From assembly GCA_035655435.1 (NCBI GenBank), contig DASRUN010000017.1, positions 1 through 46,781 on the forward strand: DNA of 46,781 nt, read 5' to 3'. Under the pieces are notes generated by a model, which had not been told where the DNA came from, searched no databases, and worked only from the letters and a program-made list of their open reading frames with translations. The translations under genes were made by a program, and so were the position numbers. Positions 41,514 to 46,781 of this stretch are shown here, in pieces. This stretch comes from an archaeon. Its GTDB lineage: Archaea > Iainarchaeota > Iainarchaeia > Iainarchaeales > Iainarchaeaceae. Each line of letters begins with the position of its first letter. Position 1 is the stretch's first letter.

Positions 41514-42005
41514 TCATTCGAATTTTCTCAAGAGAGCAATTACTTCTTCACTTCTTGCGCGTATTTTCTTTAGTTCTGAATCATATTTATCTCCGGCTTC
41601 ACTCAACTCGCGTAAAATATTCCGATAACTCTCATTGGCAGTGCCAAAAGCAACTGGGGCACCTAACTGAGAAATTGACATGTCAAACAGTTTTGATCCA
41701 TGACTATAAAGTGACTCCCATTCTCCCAAAAGACGGAGTTCTTCATGTAAATTTTCTTTAGTTTTAAGACGATCTGAACTCTTATTCAAAGCATTAATGC
41801 TTTTTTCTACAGCGTTGGCAAGACCCAATACTTTTCGATTTTCTTCATCAACAAAATCAATTATGGTTTTAGGATCCCGTGACCGCGGAAAACGACGTTC
41901 TAAATCCAATTCTATTTTAGAACCACTATACACAGGGAAAGATTTTCTCCTATTTCTACCTCCAATTCCGCGCAAAAGCCGGTGTAACAGCGCAAACGAA
42001 ACCAT
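41514..42005 (-). CDS. hypothetical helical protein
   Basis: 163 aa and charged/helical. I recognise no family. Confidence 0.4.
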   Translation of the reverse strand: MVSFALLHRLLRGIGGRNRRKSFPVYSGSKIELDLERRFPRSRDPKTIIDFVDEENRKVLGLANAVEKSINALNKSSDRLKTKENLHEELRLLGEWESLYSHGSKLFDMSISQLGAPVAFGTANESYRNILRELSEAGDKYDSELKKIRARSEEVIALLRKFE

Positions 42006-42102
42006 GTAAAAATAAATGTAAACGTACTACTTAAATCTTCCAATATGCAATTTTGGGGTTGAACCATTACCCTTAAAAAGAATGTATTAACAATTGTTAA
42101 TT

Positions 42103-42450
42103 ATGGGACTTACTTTTCCGTGCGAAATCATAAGTTGGCAGGTTCTGCCTGCCGTAAGGCGCGAAATAGCCGAGTATTTGGTTAATGAAAAGAAAATAAC
42201 AAGGAAAGTAACCGCGGCAAAACTTGGCCTTACAGAGGCGGCGGTGTGCCAATATTTGAAGGGAAAAAGAGGCGGCATACACAAATTCAACGAACATGAT
42301 CTCATAAAAATCAGGGAAATGGGAGACATGATGATTACAAACAACAAGGGAATTGAAAGCATGTGTGTTGTTTGCAAAGAATTTGACGCATCACAAGAAG
42401 CACTGGATGCAGCCGGAGTCAAAAGGCTGCCGTTTGAATACAACAGATAG
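42103..42450 (+). CDS. HTH transcriptional regulator with four Cys, upstream of sufCBD
   Basis: This is ORF 42094..42450 trimmed to its ATG. ITRKVTAAKLGLTEAAVCQYLKGKRG is an XRE-like HTH typical of archaeal COG2522-type regulators. A C-terminal CVVC motif is present. It ends 11 nt before sufC. Confidence 0.55.
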   Translation: MGLTFPCEIISWQVLPAVRREIAEYLVNEKKITRKVTAAKLGLTEAAVCQYLKGKRGGIHKFNEHDLIKIREMGDMMITNNKGIESMCVVCKEFDASQEALDAAGVKRLPFEYNR

Positions 42451-42461
42451 GATTGATTTTT

Positions 42462-43232
42462 ATGCAAGGACTTGAAATAAAAAACCTATACGCAAAAACC
42501 GAGGGAAAAGAAATACTCAAAGGAGTAAACCTCGCGGTCAAGCAAGGGGAAATACATGCGATCATGGGTCCTAACGGATCTGGAAAAAGCACGCTCAGCT
42601 CCGTAATAATGGGGTCGCCGAAATACGAAATAACAAATGGGGAAATAAAATTCGACGGAAAAAAAATTTCCGAACTAGAAGCCGATGAAAGGGCAAAATT
42701 AGGATTATTCTTATCATTCCAATACCCGTTTGAAATACAAGGATTAACCTTTTCAAAATTTTTGCACGCGGCATACAAAAACCATTATCCATTAAAACCG
42801 CTCAGCATTGTACAATTCAGAATGCTTCTCAAAGAACAGGGAAAAGAATTAGGAATGACGGATGATTTCATTGACAGAGAATTAAATGTCGGGTTTTCCG
42901 GTGGAGAAAAAAAACGCGCGGAAATACTCCAAATGAAAGTATTGAAACCGAAAATAGCAATACTTGATGAAACCGATTCCGGTCTTGACATTGATTCGTT
43001 GAAACTTGTTTCGGAAGCGGTTAATAGGATGCGCTCGAAAGAATTCGGAGCAATAGTAATAACACACTACAAAAGAATCCTGAATTATTTGAAACCGGAT
43101 TTTGTGCACATAATGAACGACGGAAAAATAATAAAAAGCGGCGGAGCGGAACTCGCAGACCAACTTGAAGAAAAAGGATACTCGGAAATAGTCAAAGAAT
43201 TCGGCGGAAACCTGCTTAGGGTGAAAGAATAA
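42462..43232 (+). CDS. sufC: Fe-S cluster assembly ATPase SufC
   Basis: MQGLEIKNLYA... The Walker A is GPNGSGKST. The ABC signature is FSGGEKKR. The Walker B is ILDETDSGLD. A TAATG overlap joins it to sufB. Confidence 0.95.
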   Translation: MQGLEIKNLYAKTEGKEILKGVNLAVKQGEIHAIMGPNGSGKSTLSSVIMGSPKYEITNGEIKFDGKKISELEADERAKLGLFLSFQYPFEIQGLTFSKFLHAAYKNHYPLKPLSIVQFRMLLKEQGKELGMTDDFIDRELNVGFSGGEKKRAEILQMKVLKPKIAILDETDSGLDIDSLKLVSEAVNRMRSKEFGAIVITHYKRILNYLKPDFVHIMNDGKIIKSGGAELADQLEEKGYSEIVKEFGGNLLRVKE

Positions 43233-45862
43233 TGGATCGGAAAAAAGAAAGGCAACTAACAGAAATAGATTACACCAAATACGATTTCAATTACAAGACT
43301 GATGATTACGAAATCAAATTTGACAAAGGAATAAACGAGGATGTTGTAAGAAGAATTTCAAAACTCAAAAATGAGCCGGAATGGATGCTGGACATAAGAC
43401 TCAAAGCATACAAAGCATTTGTGGAAAAAGAAATGCCAAAATGGGGCGCAGATCTAAGCGAAATACACTTTGATGACATAATCTATTACATGAAAGCTTC
43501 ACAGGACAACAAAAAAAGTTGGGATGATGTTCCAAAAGAAGTCAAGGATACTTTTGATAGATTAGGAATTCCTGAAGCGGAGAAAAAAATGTTAGCAGGA
43601 ATTGGTGCACAATATGATTCGGAAGTAATGTACCACAGTATTCGCGAAGACCTTGAAAAACAAGGAGTTGTTTTCCTTTCAATGGATGAAGGATTAAAAA
43701 AATATCCGGAAATTGTGAAAGAACATTTTACAAAAATAGTCCCTATTAACGACAACAAATTTGCATCATTGAATACAGCTGTTTGGAGCGGGGGATCGTT
43801 TGTATACATTCCAAAAAACATAAAAGTGGATATCCCACTACAGGCATATTTCAGAATCAATGCGGAAAGCTTTGGACAATTTGAAAGAACACTTATAATA
43901 GCGGATGAAGGAAGTCACGTACATTATGTTGAGGGATGTACAGCACCGAGATTCACAACACAATCTTTACATTCCGCGGTTGTTGAGGTAATAGCAAAAC
44001 CCAATGCGCACGTAAGATACACAACCATCCAAAATTGGGCAAACAACATTTACAACCTTGTAACGAAAAGGGCGTTTGCTTATAGAGACGCAACCGTAGA
44101 ATGGGTTGACGGAAATTTGGGCTGTCTGGCACAAGGCAGCACCGTAACAACGCCTGCGGGAATCAGGACTATCGAAACTCTTGATGTTGGCGATAAAGTG
44201 TTGTCTTTCGATGAACAACTTGGAAAATTGTGTTTCCATTCGGTAGTTGCCAAGCGTTTTTCCGGCTACCAAAAAATTCGCCAAGTTTCTGTCGGAGAGC
44301 GCAAGCTGCTTGCAACAGACAATCACCCGTTTTACTCTTATGCATACGACAAGAACAAGCCGCGGAAATTAGGTCGCTACAAGCTTGGCTATGTCAGAGC
44401 GGATCAGTTGACAAAAGCAATTATTCCACGCACTTCGATTGATTACGGGAAACCACACAAACTTGAAGCCCCGGAACTGACCACAAAGTTTTCATCCCAT
44501 AACCAATACAAGCATAATCTCACAGTGATACGCAAACGTTCACAAAAAATGACTCAAACGGAATATACAAACAATGAGATCATGTGGCTATTTGGGTATT
44601 GGATCGGAGACGGGAATATTGAAATGGAGCAGGCAAAAACCAATGGAGTAATACGCTTTGCAAAAGTGGGTTTTTCTACGCCGCGCGAAGATCGAGCCAG
44701 GGGCAAACTCATGAATACGATGGCTGCACTTATCGAAGTTGAACCGACAGAACGCCGGGACGGCGTCCACTTGGCATGGAACAGCAAAGAACTGGCAGAA
44801 TTCTTCCACATTAATGGGTTTAATGGGAAGGCTAAAGATAAACAGGTTCCGGAATGGGTGTGGTCCCTGCCGGAATCACAACGACTGGCTTTTGTTGCGG
44901 GTTATTTGGATGCGGATGGGAACATAAATGATCGTTATTTTTCTATAAAGTCTGTCAATCGCCCTTTGCTGGAAGACATTTCCTCTATCTTGGTAACATT
45001 GGGAATCACATCACGACTGCATACAGAATTCAGCGAACCGAAAACCGTGACTATAATGGGAGTGAAATGCACCGCACACGGGTCACATCGATTGGACTTT
45101 AATATTGATGAACGATTGCCGGAGTTCGTAAGCCCCGCACTTCAAGAAAAAGCGCTTAGTGCACCGGAACATATCTTTCAAACTAAGCGTTTGGTGGGGC
45201 GTTCCAACATCCACCTTGGGAAGAATGTGGAAATTGTTACCGTGAATGTTTCAGCACCATATTCAGAACCGGTTCCTACTTGGGACATTGAAGTTGAAGG
45301 CACCGGCAATTTTGTATCACAGGGTTTTATTGTCCACAACTCCAAAATCACAATGAAATATCCGGCAATCTATTTGATGGAAGAAGGCGCAAAAGGAGAG
45401 GTTTTGAGCATTGCATTGGCCGGAAAAGGACAACACCAGGATGCGGGCGCAAAAATAATACACCTTGCATCAAGAACAACAAGCACAATAACAAGCAAGA
45501 GCATTTCAAAGGATGGGGGAAGAAGCTCTTATAGAGGCCTTATAAAAGTTCCAAGAGGAGCGAAAAATGTCAGAAGCAGCGTAATGTGCGACGCACTAAT
45601 ACTTGATGAGAAAAGCAGGAGCGATACATATCCTTCCGTTGAAATAGACGAACCAACAGCAACAATAGCGCACGAAGCAAAAGTGGGAAAAATTGGAGAT
45701 GACCAAATATTTTATTTGATGTCAAAAGGACTGAGCCAGGCGGAAGCGCTAACACTCATAGTACTGGGATTCATACAACCTTTCACAAAAACACTTCCAT
45801 TAGAATTTTCGGTTGAATTAAACAGGCTAATTGAAATGGAAATGGAAAATTCTGTGGGGTGA
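43232..45862 (+). CDS. sufB: Fe-S cluster assembly protein SufB, interrupted in-frame by an intein
   Basis: Conserved SufB blocks are present (FGQFERTLIIADEGSHVHYVEGCTAP, ...VEWVDGNLG / SKITMKYPAIYL..., HEAKVGKIGDDQIFYLMSKG). It is 876 aa in total and 470 aa without the intein. Confidence 0.9.
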   Translation: MDRKKERQLTEIDYTKYDFNYKTDDYEIKFDKGINEDVVRRISKLKNEPEWMLDIRLKAYKAFVEKEMPKWGADLSEIHFDDIIYYMKASQDNKKSWDDVPKEVKDTFDRLGIPEAEKKMLAGIGAQYDSEVMYHSIREDLEKQGVVFLSMDEGLKKYPEIVKEHFTKIVPINDNKFASLNTAVWSGGSFVYIPKNIKVDIPLQAYFRINAESFGQFERTLIIADEGSHVHYVEGCTAPRFTTQSLHSAVVEVIAKPNAHVRYTTIQNWANNIYNLVTKRAFAYRDATVEWVDGNLGCLAQGSTVTTPAGIRTIETLDVGDKVLSFDEQLGKLCFHSVVAKRFSGYQKIRQVSVGERKLLATDNHPFYSYAYDKNKPRKLGRYKLGYVRADQLTKAIIPRTSIDYGKPHKLEAPELTTKFSSHNQYKHNLTVIRKRSQKMTQTEYTNNEIMWLFGYWIGDGNIEMEQAKTNGVIRFAKVGFSTPREDRARGKLMNTMAALIEVEPTERRDGVHLAWNSKELAEFFHINGFNGKAKDKQVPEWVWSLPESQRLAFVAGYLDADGNINDRYFSIKSVNRPLLEDISSILVTLGITSRLHTEFSEPKTVTIMGVKCTAHGSHRLDFNIDERLPEFVSPALQEKALSAPEHIFQTKRLVGRSNIHLGKNVEIVTVNVSAPYSEPVPTWDIEVEGTGNFVSQGFIVHNSKITMKYPAIYLMEEGAKGEVLSIALAGKGQHQDAGAKIIHLASRTTSTITSKSISKDGGRSSYRGLIKVPRGAKNVRSSVMCDALILDEKSRSDTYPSVEIDEPTATIAHEAKVGKIGDDQIFYLMSKGLSQAEALTLIVLGFIQPFTKTLPLEFSVELNRLIEMEMENSVG
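44123..45340 (+). mobile_element. SufB intein (406 aa) with a LAGLIDADG homing-endonuclease domain
   Basis: It starts at Cys1 (CLAQGSTVTTPAG). Block B is LLATDNHPFY. The LAGLIDADG motifs are LFGYWIGDGNI and VAGYLDADGNI. The terminus is TWDIEVEGTGNFVSQGFIVHN, followed by Ser at +1. Confidence 0.85.
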
Positions 45863-45867
45863 AAGCA

Positions 45868-46781
45868 ATGCAAAAAACAGTTGCGCGCCCCGTAAAAAAA
45901 ACAATCGAACAGTTTAGAGAAGAGAATGAACAAATTTTTAATCAAAAACCAATCAAAAAAAGCAAGTACACAAGCATTGCAAAACTTGATGCGCTACTTG
46001 TGAAAGGAAACGGAAAAGAACCCGTAATAAAAATTGTTTCCGGAAAAGGCGCGGAAATAATTTCTTTTAAAACAGCACTTGAAAAATACAAACAAGAAAT
46101 AGAGCAAATACTTGCAAAAGAAGAAAAACCTAAAGATCAATTTGAAGCATTCATTAACTCGAACTTTGAAACGCCTTTTTTGATTGTTCTCGGGGAGAAA
46201 GCGCACAAACAAGCAATAGAAATCGAGATGAATTTTGAAAATAATAGTGCCACAAAAATTTTCGTAATTTTAAGTGAAGGGATCGAGGCAACGCTTGCGG
46301 AGAAAATAAAAACAAGCGGAAACGCGCTTATAGGAGAAACGATTCTTGTAAAAGATTCTGCAAAATTATCCCATGTTCACATCAATGATTTAGATGAAAA
46401 TACAATAATTTATAGACAGGCAATCCTTGAACGGGATTCAAGTATTGAAAGCGCGGATTTCTGGTCGAAAGGAAAATTAGTGAGGGGAAAATTAACCAAT
46501 GTCCTTGAAGGAAGAGGAAGCAGCGCAAAACAATTCGAAATAGTGTTATCGGAGAAAAAAGACCACTTTGATCTTAATTATACGGCCGTGCATAGAGGAG
46601 AGGATACATTTTCAAATTGCCTCTACAAAGCCGCGCTCAAAGACGAAAGCAGAAATGTTTTTGACGGAATGATACTCATAGAAAAAACAGGCTCCAAAAC
46701 AAACGCGTTTTTACAGTGCAACAGCATGATCTTAGGGGATAAGGCAAGCAGCAACCAGATACCGAGCCTTGAAATAAAAAC
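45868..46781 (+). CDS. sufD: Fe-S cluster assembly protein SufD (partial, runs off the window)
   Basis: Absent from the ORF track because there is no stop in the window. The reading frame is open from the ATG at 45868 to the window end. ...HRGEDTFSNCLYKAALKDESRNVFDGMILIEKTGSKTNAFLQCNSMILGDKASSNQIPSLEIK matches the SufD C-terminal beta-helix signature. Confidence 0.75.
   Translation, partial: MQKTVARPVKKTIEQFREENEQIFNQKPIKKSKYTSIAKLDALLVKGNGKEPVIKIVSGKGAEIISFKTALEKYKQEIEQILAKEEKPKDQFEAFINSNFETPFLIVLGEKAHKQAIEIEMNFENNSATKIFVILSEGIEATLAEKIKTSGNALIGETILVKDSAKLSHVHINDLDENTIIYRQAILERDSSIESADFWSKGKLVRGKLTNVLEGRGSSAKQFEIVLSEKKDHFDLNYTAVHRGEDTFSNCLYKAALKDESRNVFDGMILIEKTGSKTNAFLQCNSMILGDKASSNQIPSLEIK

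Noticed and set aside
1-46781. CRISPR arrays, IS elements/transposases, integrases, rRNA genes
   Set aside because: I saw no spaced direct-repeat array; the only tandem periodicity is the in-frame ~33-nt repeat in dnaG and the K/E-tail coding regions. I recognised no DDE, tyrosine or serine recombinase motifs. No rRNA-like conserved stretches were seen.

Overview
Visibly AT-rich, gene-dense archaeal chromosome segment. Archaeal-only markers are RadA, Hjc, archaeal-type DnaG, GGGP synthase, Pus10, Pth2, aIF6, r-proteins S19e/L39e/L31e/LX, prefoldin alpha, RNase P Rpp21 and a tRNA with a bulge-helix-bulge intron. Small proteins, lysine/glutamate-rich tails and patchy metabolism suggest a small-genome DPANN-like lineage (inference). 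Most genes have a TATA-like box about 21-25 nt before the start codon, so they look leaderless. Contents: a NurA...HerA-like operon; HicAB and VapBC toxin-antitoxin cassettes; AlaX and Pth2; a circularly permuted GTPase; Hjc; DnaG; LemA-HtpX; a transglutaminase-like surface protein; three tRNAs; Tmk; the conserved S19e-PDCD5-L39e-L31e-aIF6-LX-PfdA-FtsY cluster; SRP54; a prepilin peptidase; RibD; GGGPS; RPA; RadA; Pus10; malic enzyme; a TrxR/Grx/2xDsbA redox cluster; and an HTH regulator followed by sufCBD. Most notable observations: (1) an identical GC-rich box made of tandem GCACCG hexamers sits exactly 12 nt upstream of the TATA boxes of radA, nurA and vapBC, which is a candidate undescribed repair/stress regulon operator. 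(2) nurA and the herA-like gene are separated by four translationally coupled small genes (AbrB-like, two zinc ribbons, a PTP-like protein lacking the catalytic Arg). Three of these fall below the ORF-track cutoff. (3) A 604-aa LAGLIDADG intein splits the P-loop of SRP54, and a second LAGLIDADG intein sits in SufB. (4) A sigma-70/ECF-like protein occurs in an archaeal context. (5) The HicAB cassette is bracketed by perfect 18-bp direct repeats. (6) DnaG carries an Arg/Pro/Gly-rich repeat insertion. (7) Several GC-rich structured intergenic elements are present. No rRNA, CRISPR array, transposase or integrase was seen.
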